From positions 79,486,001 to 79,550,000 of the forward strand of contig NW_024704742.1 in NCBI RefSeq assembly GCF_018977255.1: DNA of 64,000 bases, written 5' to 3'. Shown piece after piece: positions 53,616-64,000 of the stretch (within the stretch, counting starts at the first letter, position 1; every line of letters begins with the position of its first letter). The position numbers and the translations under genes were made by a program. The notes beneath the pieces were generated by a model. That model saw nothing but the letters and a program-made list of their open reading frames with translations. It was not told the origin of the DNA and searched no databases. This DNA is from Callorhinchus milii (taxonomy: Eukaryota).

Positions 53616-54249
53616 TAATTTGCAAAGCTAGGCTCACCTGTTGTATCAAATTGATACTTGAGCAGAGTTTGTGTAGTGATAGACCAAGTCCTTTATATCA
53701 AATCATGAAAACATTAATCCACAATGATTCTGTTTGAAGCTGGAATCTTGATTTTGGATTTTTATCAACGTTTTATATGTTTATCAATGTTTTACACTAT
53801 TTAATAATACTCCATCAGACCAGATAGATTGCTTAACTCAATTGTTGCTTCTGCAGTGTCTCTACATGTGAGTGTGTACATTGATTTAATGCTAATTTAC
53901 TCTTCAATTTAAAATACAAAGAAATCTGAGGAGTATGCGTAATGGCTAGATTATAAAAATCCTGACTTGGCACATAACCAAAGGAAGGGTATCATTTTCT
54001 ATTTGCTAGAGAAATTACACAATTTGTAACCAAATATGCAGCAAGCTGCACTATATAGTATCATTTGCATAACATGACTATCATTTCAGGTACTCAGTCA
54101 TTCCCATACTCAGGCCAAGTCCCATTCAATATAGAGTGGGATCCAGAAAGCAATGTTTACTACCCTTTGTGAATTTTCTGCATCAAAAATGGACAAAGGC
54201 AGACAGAATGCAAAATGTCCACTGTGAGCAAACAGTATTGTTAGATTTT

Positions 54250-54558
54250 CAGTAAAGCTTCCTAAAATCTTGCACTAATTTCACAAGACCATCCCCTATT
54301 ACACAATGGGATATTTTCTATTTATCACACCAACCATCTGTAGCCCCTCTAACTAAGATTACCAACTTAAGTCATAAAATTAAGGGTAGTTTATGCTGGA
54401 AGCCCATGCCCACAAGGAATTGGATTGAGACCTTCCCAGACTCATTTCACAATTGACCTTTACAGCCAGCCAGCAAGCATGAAACTTTCAAGTCTGTCAC
54501 TCTGGGCTGGATTTGAACTCATGGCATAGCGAGGAAAGGTCAGTGTTGTGAGTTACTG
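54250..54558 (-). mobile_element. LF-SINE-like ancient SINE
   Basis: Minus strand gagttcaaatccagcccag..gaaag..ggctgtaaaggtcaattgtgaaatgagtctgg..gtctcaatccaattccttgtggg matches the LF-SINE consensus as remembered. Confidence 0.7.
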
Positions 54559-55580
54559 TCATTCTTAATCTTTAGTATCCCTGCTACCAAGAACACTCAA
54601 ATTGTCATTAGAGTAACTGTGTACCAAGCCACTCAGGTGATCATTGGAACATGACTGAATTACCGCATACGCTCCTCTCGGGGCAGCACATATCAGCTGA
54701 CGCACATGAAAACCTAAATAAGTGGGTGAAAAATTAGTCTGAAGATGATATCAAAGCTTTCAAGTTAAGTGAGGCAGGGAACAAGCAGACCTATTGCGAC
54801 ATATCAGGATCAGTGTCAGCGCATCAAGGTACTCACCGAAAAAAAATTGATTGTTCTACAATACAGTGGAGCCCCGATATAACATGATAGTTGGAGTCTT
54901 CCCTACACAAGTTGCAATCAATCCAGAAATCTGCACCCCGAGTTGTCCAATTGCCTATCAACCCCATCCTCAGCCACTTCCATCGGCTCCCCGTCACCCA
55001 GAGGATCAAGTTCAAGGTCCTTGTTATCATCTCTAAATCCCTCCAAAATCTCGCTCTATACCCATCCTATCTGTGTGGCCTGCTGTTCCCTTCATTCTCC
55101 GAGTACTGGCCTGTTTCATAAGAACATAAGAATGGCTAGAATCGTTATTATGGAGATCAATTGTCAACCAGCTCTGACATGTTCCCCGTGCACGGAAAGC
55201 CAGCGGGCATTCTGAAGTGGAAAGGCCACCTTTCTGAGTGAATTTTGTATTTATTTGGGAGGTAGCTGTCAGGATTCATACCCCAATCAGATTATAATGC
55301 GTGTGTTATAGCAGAGTTCCAGTGTAGCAAGGTTTGGTCTGGAGTACCCATGAATTTGTCAATAATATTGTAATGTAAGTGGCAAATGCTCCTGTGGGGG
55401 TGAGGTGAGAGGATGATGAAGTGAACAGCATGAGCGAGAGACATGTCCAACCATATTCCAGGTCCGAGAGGACAGCAGAACATGTCTGGGCCTCCCATTG
55501 CGGAGATCTAGCTCGGCAGGAAACTGCTGCTTTTGTTTAATCAGAGAATTGTCTGGTGGTGTGTTGGTTTTGCTGGAGGT

Positions 55581-55896
55581 ATAATATAATAATAATCCTT
55601 GCATTTGATATAGCGCTTTTCACGTCGGGAGGATGTCCCAAAGCGCTTCACAGGATACACTGTAAAGTTAATTGACTATATGGGCGAAAGCGGCTGCCAA
55701 TTGCGCACAGCAGTGTCCCACAAACAGTCGTAGATTGAAAATGAGCAATTTATTATTGTTTTGGGTTTTGGAGGGATTATTATTAGGCTCTGTGTGGAGT
55801 AAGGAAACTTGCCCAAGGTTTCGCCCTCTGCCTGGAATTGAACTCAGGTCTCTCACTTGCAAAGCGAATGCTCTAACCACTGAGCTACAGGACTCC
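55581..55896 (-). mobile_element. Young SINE (short form)
   Basis: Complete copy. Confidence 0.95.
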
Positions 55897-56564
55897 ACAA
55901 TATAAAGGATTGATGCAGGCAGATGCAGGGAATCTGGTGAATCTAAAGCGATTAATATATCTCTTGTATTTCGTGGTTCACCATTTAGTTATTCATTTGT
56001 CGATAATATTTCTATTCATATTTCAACCTTTAAGAATGGCTAGATAGCATTATGTCCACACCATACCAAATCCTGCTGGGGTATGCATAACAGGAGAATC
56101 AGGCAGCGAGTTTGTAGCTTCAACAAGCTGTACACAGAGGACAAGATTTGTTGAGTGGAGGATTTATTCCCAGAAGGAAGGAAGGAAGGAAGGAAGGAAT
56201 AATAATCTTTGCATTTGATATTTGCATGCCTCATCACCTCATCAAGACTTTTAAAAGCTATGTGATAACACTTCACCTCACACTCTGCAAAGTGAGTGTG
56301 TGAACATGACATAACATCAGTTTTAGGATTATATTGTGTCCCTCCAGAGTTCAATAGCCTGCTTACATCCAGGCTCAGATATGCAGAATAGCTATTATTA
56401 AATAAGAAAGCGGTGAATGCCCCAAAGTAAACCAGAGTGAACACTTGGAGGTGGGGGGACACTCAAAATATTACCAAACAAATCATTAAACACTGTTTTC
56501 TCTGAGTTTTGCATAGTAAATCTACTTCATGAATGAAGAAAAGATCTATGATTCTGTGATATTT

Positions 56565-56699
56565 GTTTGGTTGCCTGATTTCGTCCACAAAATATACAGC
56601 CAATTCACTTTACAGTATATTCTGTGAAGCGCTTTGAGACGTCTTGAATATGTGATAAGGCACTATATCAAATGCAAGGATTATTATTATTATTATTAT
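56565..56699 (+). mobile_element. SINE 3' fragment
   Basis: Tail and (ATT)n. Confidence 0.85.
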
Positions 56700-57469
56700 C
56701 TACAAAAGCCACATTTCTGGGACTTGTTTTTTCAGAGGTGCTTCTTGACAGGGAAAGTGTGTGTGCTTGAGACTTTAAAAGGTCTTTCATTACTTAAGGG
56801 GCGACAGCAGAGTAGCACTATGCTGTAAGATAATGAAGTTCTTGGAAAAATTACTAATTCAAAAAAATAGGTAGCGAAGCATCGCTTTCAGGATACATTA
56901 ACATGGTTGGATGGCTCAGTTTGAAGTAAGTGTCAGGACAGTTCTAAACGTTAGCAAGATTTACAATGCAGCTTGGTATTCTTGTGGCTAAAGATAGATT
57001 GAAAGATCTTAGTAACTTTCTGGAAATGTAATACTGTATATATATAATATATATCCAAAAATATATATATACATAGCTACAGCTCATTTCATTTCATTCC
57101 AATGATGTGGATTGCTAGCAAAATGCACCATTTCAATTTTGCTCTACCTCCCACATTATATTGCAAACATAGGCAAGTACAGTACTTCACCATCAATCAG
57201 CGTATGGTTTAGTTACCTCTATTGAATTGAATTGAATAGGTTGTTTTCCCATCTTATTTATGCAGTCCTTAAACTGTGTATAATTTGGATTGTAAAAGGC
57301 AGTTTTTTAAAAAAAAATTAAACATTTCTTCACATCTCTTCTTCCTCAATTTGAATTTCAATTGTTTGTGGGAAGTTGCTGCTGGCACCGATTAGCATTT
57401 GCCTATATAACAACATACCATTTTATATGCTAGTTGATTATTTATTTCCAGATCACATCCCATTACATT

Positions 57470-57772
57470 TCATAGAGTGGTATGATATGGAAACAAGACA
57501 TTCAGCCCAGCTAATCAGTGCCATTTTTTACATATATATCCAATTCCCTTTTGAAAGTTATTATTGAATCTGCTTCCACCTCGCTTTCAGGCAATGAATT
57601 CCAGATTATAATTATATAATTATAATAATACTAATAACACACTGCACGAAAAAAATTCTCCTCATCTTTTGTCTGGTTCTTTTGTCAATTATCGTAAATC
57701 TATGTTCTCTGGTTACCAACCCATCCACCAATAGAAATAGTTTCTCCTTATTCACTCGATCAAAACCCCTCA
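57470..57772 (-). mobile_element. Old CR1 3' fragment
   Basis: attcagccc..caattcccttttgaaagtta..aatgaattccagat..aatagtttctcctta is typical of a reversed CR1 3' end. Confidence 0.65.
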
Positions 57773-58603
57773 ATTACATTGATTTGTTTGCCTTCAACCA
57801 CAGTTCCTGGCACTGGGTGACATTAGAAATAAATTTCATTTTATCTGCTTCGTGATTCAGGTGGACACGAAGGTCTGGCCATTACAAACAAACATGGAGA
57901 CTTTCTTCGGATTATCCTGATTTACTACTAAAATAATAATCCTTGCATTTCATATAGCCCCTTATGACGTCATTGAGACGTCTCAAAGCACTTCACAGAA
58001 TATACTATAGAGTGGAGTGACTGTGTATTTTGTGGGTGAAATATCAATCTGTCCCTCATCCAAATCTACTCCAAATTCAAATAAATTACCTACTCAACTC
58101 ATTGTTGCTTGTGAGATCTTGCTAACAGGTTGACTGTTGTGTTTGTTAGGCTGACACTCGAATGCAGTATTAGGGAAAAGCTGCATTGTCGGAGGTGTCA
58201 TTCTTTGGATGACATTAAATCAAGATCCCATCTGCCTGATGATCTGGGCCAACAATCCTCTGGTTAAACTGATTACATACTTCACGGCTGTTTGTGTACA
58301 TATTGGCTGCTACATTTGCCAACAAATACACAATCGTTATACTTTACAATAAATCCTGTGAAGCACTTTGAGACTTTCCAATGATGTGGTAAGACTCCAT
58401 ATCAAATGAAAGCATTATTATTATTAAATATTATCCAATTTCATTTCTAATCATTTATATTTTGTGAAGTATTTGGAAATGTTTACTTCATGTGGAAGGT
58501 ACTACATGAAATATTAATCATTATTGGTAGAAATAGGGGCTGGGTTTGAATCCAGGTGAAATTGGTGGCTACAAAGGCCTGATGTAAAATGGTCTTGAGG
58601 TCT

Positions 58604-59382
58604 CAACAACAACAACAACAAGATTCCATTTATAAATCGCCTTTCACGTCAGGAGGACGTCCCAAGGTGCTGCACAGTTGGATCATGACCCGAGCAGGGG
58701 GGAAATGGTCAGGGTGAGGGGAGGGAAGGGAGGGAGCGAGGAGGGGGGAAATGGTCAGGGTGAGGGGAGGGAAAGGAGGGAGCAAGGAGGGGGGAAATGG
58801 TCAGGGTGAGGGGAGGGAAGGGAGGGAGCGAGGAGGGGAAGAGAGTCGAGAGGGGAGCTGAAGGCACGGTCAAAGAGAAAGGTTTTGAGACCGGCCTTGA
58901 AGGAGGAAAGGGAGGAAGCAAAGCGAGGCACTGGGGGATGGAGTTCCAGAGCCTGGGGGCTGAGAGGCTGAAGGCCCGACCACCGATGGTAGGGCGGTTG
59001 GGGCGGGGGACGTGGAGCAGACCGGAGCCAGAGGAACGGAGGGTACGGGCAGGTAGGTAGGGGGATAGTAGGTCGGAGAGGTAGGAGGGAGCGAGGCCGT
59101 GAATGGCCTTGTAGGTGAGGATGAGGATCTTGAAATCAATCCTCTGGGGGATGGGGAGCCAGTGGAGGCGAGCGAGGGTGGGAGTGATGTGGTCCCGAAG
59201 CCTGGTGCAGGACAGTACACGAGCTGCAGAGTTCTGAATGACCTGCAGCTTGTGGAGGGAGGTGGCGGGAAGGCCGGCGAGGAGAGAGTTCCCGTAGTCC
59301 AGCCTTGAGGTGACAAAGGCGTGAACCAGAGTTTCAGCAGCGTGAGGGGTGAGGTAATGCCGTAGTCTGGCGATGTTCCGGA
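58604..59382 (-). mobile_element. Young L2 LINE, 5'-truncated, with a 7-bp TSD
   Basis: Almost identical to 5074-5849; GTCTCAA occurs at 58600-58606 and 59383-59389. Confidence 0.97.
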
Positions 59383-61199
59383 GTCTCAAACTACAATAGT
59401 TGCTGATGAATACAAAGCCACCTTGAAGTCAAGTCTAAATTGGCATTCTCATTCAGAGGACCCTTTCAAAGGAGAACAAATTACAGAAATCTCTGTGAAG
59501 TTTTTTCAGAAGTTTTGACATGATGTTTGCAAATAGGCCAGTGTTTGCTTCAGTGAAGCAGGCTCGTGTTGCTGAGTGGAGGCAGTAGATGGGTTGGTAG
59601 GGTTGAAAGAGGTCACAGAGGTAGGTTGGGACAAGTCCGTGAAGGTATTTGAAGGTGAGGATTAGGATCTTGAACTCATTCTGCTGGGGGATGGTGAATC
59701 AATGGAGGGAATGAGGATGGGGGAAATGGACTCATGGAGCCTGATGGAGGGTGATAATATGGGCTACAGAGTTCTGGAGGGAGCCCAGGCACTTCACTCT
59801 GCACTTAACAGAGCTATACTGTTTGATGCCACCATAAGAGATGACAAAATTCCTCTTGCTACTAAATGTAATGGCATTCTAATCATCAAAGTCGCTGTAC
59901 TTGACATGAAGAGTAATTTCTCACTGAGTTCCCATTCAGCCTGATGTTTTGTAACAGATTCATGGATATCTATAAATTTTCTTATGAAACATTGCATTTT
60001 TAATTGCAAATATTGAGTCTCTGTGTGTGCCCAACTTCGGGTGTCAAGGGTAAAATGCATCTGCAAAGCTGTGTCATATTCTGTGTCAGTTATGTGCATT
60101 GTGGTGGTAGTTCCTCACCTCCTCCCCACCCCAAGCAGAAAAAATTCTTTTTTGCAATTATAAACAGCCATGTATAAAATGAATAGATGCAATAGTTCAG
60201 CAAGTTCACTCCAGTTCCTTTCAATAATCCTATAGTTGTGTTTGAGCTGTGTTGGTGGGAATGTTATCTGATTTGCATAGTAGGCTGCTTTACGGATGGG
60301 TACATCCTGCAAATTAACACGCCTCCAGCAAGATTGGAGATTCGAAAGACCATTTTTCCCCTTCACGGAGCAGTGGATCTCCAGCTAACAAACTCCAGCT
60401 AAAGTAGTTTAACTGGTGCCAATTAGTAGCTTTATAAATACCCACTGAATATAGTTTATAAGGATACAATGTGGGATTGAGGGTTGTACAGATAAGTGCA
60501 GCTAAAATGTGCTGAAATTATGTGTGAAATGCGATAGCTCAGCAGTCGTTCAGACTCATTGGAAAGGTTATGTCAAGAGATGCAAATTGTGGAAGGTGTA
60601 TAATGTAAGATGTAAGGTTAATCAGACAACTTGGTGAAAGGAAATCTAGAACAAGGAGGGCACAGATCCCAGCTCAGGAGAGGGAAGGTTAACAGATTGT
60701 TCAGACTGAATTTAGCATGTGGAATACTCAGGGAAACAGTGAAGTCAGATTGTGTAGGTAAATCCAAGAGGGAATGTGATAGCTATTTGGGAAATTATTC
60801 ACTTGAGGCTTATTTATAGTGCAAGTTTATTCTCTTAGAATCATAGAATAATACAGCACAGAAGGAGGCTATTCGGCCCATCATGCCTGTGCTGACTCTT
60901 TGGAAGAGCTACCCAATCAGTCCCATTCTCTACTTTTTTTCCTGGCATTGTTTACCTTTACAAGTACCTATCTAATTCCCTTTTGAAAATTACTGATGAA
61001 TCTGTTCCCACCATCTTTTCAGGCGGTGCCTTCCAGACCATATTCTTTTTTTCTAATTAATTCAGATTTGTTTACTTTGGGAATGGCCAGGTGGACAGAA
61101 ATAGCCTTTCTAGGATATTATATATTCCTATATTCTGGTGCCACTTGGGAAATTTACCTGATTTATCTTCAAGCAATGGAGAGAAATGTGCAGAACCTT

Positions 61200-62000
61200 T
61201 CCTCAGTGGAGTACATAGCTGATGTCAATAAATCTGTTTTCCTTCATGTCCGCAACATTGCCTGCTTCTACTTGAAACTTTTATAACTAGCTTTAACACC
61301 GCAGACTCAATTTCTTCAATGACCTGCTCATCAGTCTCACCAGCTCTACTCTCCACAAGCTATAGACCACCCAAACTCCAGAATTTGCATTATTTCCCAC
61401 ACTAAGTTCTAAGAGCCCATCCTCCCCATCCTCCTGTCACCATTGGCTCCCTATCCCATAGTGGATCAACTTTTATCACACGCCTAATAATAATCCCTCC
61501 AAAAACCAAAAACAATAATTAAATTGGTCATTTTCAATCTACGACTGTTTGTGGGACATTGCTGTGCGCAATTGGCTGCCGCGTTCGCCCACAAATATAC
61601 AGTCAATTCACTTTACAGTGTGTTCTGTGAAGCGCTTTGGGACGTCCTCCCGATGTGAAAAACGCTATATCAAATGCAAGGATTATTATTATTATTATTA
61701 TTTAAGATCCTTGTCCTTACTCTCAAATGTTTCCATGACCTTGACCAGCTTATCTCTGCGATCTGCTGCAAATCTACTTCCCTGATCTTTCCCTTTGCTT
61801 CTCGAATTCTGGCCTGCTTCACATTCCATGTCCATTCCCTACTCACAATTTGAATGGAAGCTTTCAGCTACGTTGATCCAACACTCTGGAATTCTTTTCT
61901 AAAATCGCTCTGCTTCAATCCCTCCCTCATTGCTTTCAAAATCTATCTGAAGACCTCTCTTTTTGTTTGTGATTTTTGCTTCTTTCTGTCTCCCTCCCAG
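61200..62000 (+). mobile_element. Old L2 3' fragment with a nested young truncated SINE (61476-61702)
   Basis: Decayed VFLHVRNIA, HWLP and LWNS motifs; the SINE splits the sequence at ttta. Confidence 0.8.
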
Positions 62001-64000
62001 CTCTTGCTCCCATTCTGTGTATATTAAGTGATTTGAGCTATGCAAGTTTTGCAATACAAGTGAAATGCATTGTTTTTGTTTCTAAAATGAGTATGGAACA
62101 TGGCAGTGAAGCGTTTGCTTGTAAATGGGAACATTTTCTCAAGCTTCAGTGGATATGTTCCTTCAGTCATTTAATGTGGCTTGCCTACTAAATAATAACA
62201 ATCCTTAAATTTGATATAGTGCCTTTCACGTTGTAAGGACGTCTCAAAGTGCTTCACATGGTCTATTGTAACGTGGCGTAAATGTGTGTTTTGTGGACGA
62301 ATCCAGCAGCCATTTGCCTACAGCAATATCACACAAGCCATGAAGCCATAAAACTTAGCCAGGAAACTGGGAGAAATTCCCTTCTCGTTTTGAAAACTGT
62401 CATGTGACTTTTAACATCCACCTGAACAGGCAGATAGGGTGACCAGGATCTTAATTTAATGTTTAATTTAATGATTGTATAAAGTGATTATTTTAATATT
62501 GAAGGGGTTGTACTAATGCTCAGTTATTAAATGATGTGAATATTTATTGTCATCCCATCATGCGTCCATTGAAAGTGCTGTTAAGAGCAGGTACAGTGCT
62601 TTGTAGGAGAAACACAGTGTCAGCTGTAATGCTGACTGCTGCCAGGGAAGCATTCTACATCATCTTCAGCACTCATCCATTTAATACACTCAAGTGCTTA
62701 AGCCAGCTAAAAGGGAAACAGATTGGTCAGCTCATGAATTCCATTCCCCATACATCACCAGCTCTTCATACTGAACCACACTGCTTTGGTGTCTCTTGAG
62801 AGGACATTCTCCTGTTTTACTGATTCGCATTCCTACACTGCAAACATCTTGGCTTTCAGGTCGTACTGGTATAACAGTCAACACTTTCATAATTAAAATC
62901 TTAAACAACATTTTCCTCTCTCTATTTCTATCCCCTCCTTCCCTAAATAGAGCTGAAAGAAACAGGAAAATTCCATTCAGCTGGATGATGTGAGGCTATG
63001 ATGGGAAATCCTGGTAACTAAATGCCAACTTCAATAAAGGCAACACATGCAAAGCAGAACAGAATTTTTACCTGACTGTGGGGTATGGTCACACAGTTGT
63101 TAGTAACACTTTGATAATTGCCTCCAAGTGCCCATTCTTCAGGTGTAACTGTAGTAGGTTAAGGTCTCCATAACACTTTTCATCTGATGTTTAAAACTGT
63201 TCAAAAACCACATCCTGCCCCTCCCTTAGACAATGAATGTCAAAGCTAATAAAACCCTTCCTGCTGCCACACTGGCTAAGATCAGATATCTTTACATAGA
63301 GCAGGGATTGAACCTTCTTCCCTAATGATCCACACGGCTCATAATCATACACGGCAGTGATTTAATCAACTGAGCATCGATGGGGGGAGTGGTCCTGTCA
63401 GCCACTGACTGACAAATTAAATAATTTATAAATAATTGATTCAATTTGTTAATGTTTGATATTAGCTTTGGATATTACATGATCATTGCTGACAGTCGTA
63501 TATCAAGTCGCCAGCAGGCAACTAATCCTGACTCTTGTCTATTTGTCACCTTCCCCTTTCTCCGTTGGTTGGTGACTAATCCAGCCACCATGAAACACTT
63601 CAACGTGTTATTCTGTGTTAAGGGCACTATATAAATGTGAATTCTTGTTGTTGTCAAACCGTCTCTCGAATTGCTCTGCCAGCTTAAAGGTCAGGGGCTG
63701 GTATAGGTGGTTTCATGTACAGCCTTTGTGACAGAGTTGGGGAGAACACATCATAGAGTAGGCGACTGGTGACAATTAACAACACCAGATGGCAATTTAA
63801 CCACAATATGTTTTATAGGGACATTTATGTTCTGTGAGGTAGGATGCCGAAAAAAACAATAGAACAGTCTGCTGTGTGTAACACAGACAGACTGAAATGC
63901 TGAGTTAAGCCCAAGGAAAATGAATGTTGCAGTATACATATTTCAGTACTTCCAGTTTATTCCCCAGTAGGCAACTTATGTGGAAAGCTAATATTCCTAT

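Noticed and set aside
63070..63190. Minus-strand peptides resembling an ankyrin repeat (LHLKNGHLEAIIKVLL) or SMAD (CVTIP)
   Set aside because: These are short matches in different frames; one is closed by a stop, and the acceptor is weak. Most likely coincidence.
1..64000. CRISPR array, operon or other prokaryote-type system
   Set aside because: The recurrent sequences are dispersed SINE and LINE copies, not regularly spaced repeats; the DNA is vertebrate non-coding.

Overview
This is eukaryotic, repeat-rich, essentially non-coding DNA, either intronic or intergenic. The repeat content points to a cartilaginous fish, possibly a holocephalan; this is an inference only. That content includes a young tRNA-Ala-headed SINE with a Deu-like core and an L2 tail, older SacSINE1/AmnSINE-like DeuSINEs, LF-SINE relics, L2 and CR1 LINEs, and a shark-type Penelope element. 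I could not identify any host protein-coding exon; every recognisable ORF is transposon-derived or spurious. The main elements are: two young L2 LINE copies (5074-7126 with RT motifs, and 58604-59382); an old L2; a CR1 relic with nested insertions; more than 15 copies of the young SINE; a rearranged Penelope-like element with a GIY-YIG domain and a degenerate minimal hammerhead ribozyme; an R4/Dong-type RLE retrotransposon relic; a pogo/Tigger deletion derivative; MITE-like inverted-repeat elements; an unclassified dispersed repeat; and a ~330 bp (CATA)n. A few strong + strand splice-site pairs and a promoter-like patch hint at non-coding exons of a host transcript. I found no convincing new multi-gene system. 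The best leads are the hammerhead/Penelope locus, a templated 122-bp insertion, and the unclassified repeat.
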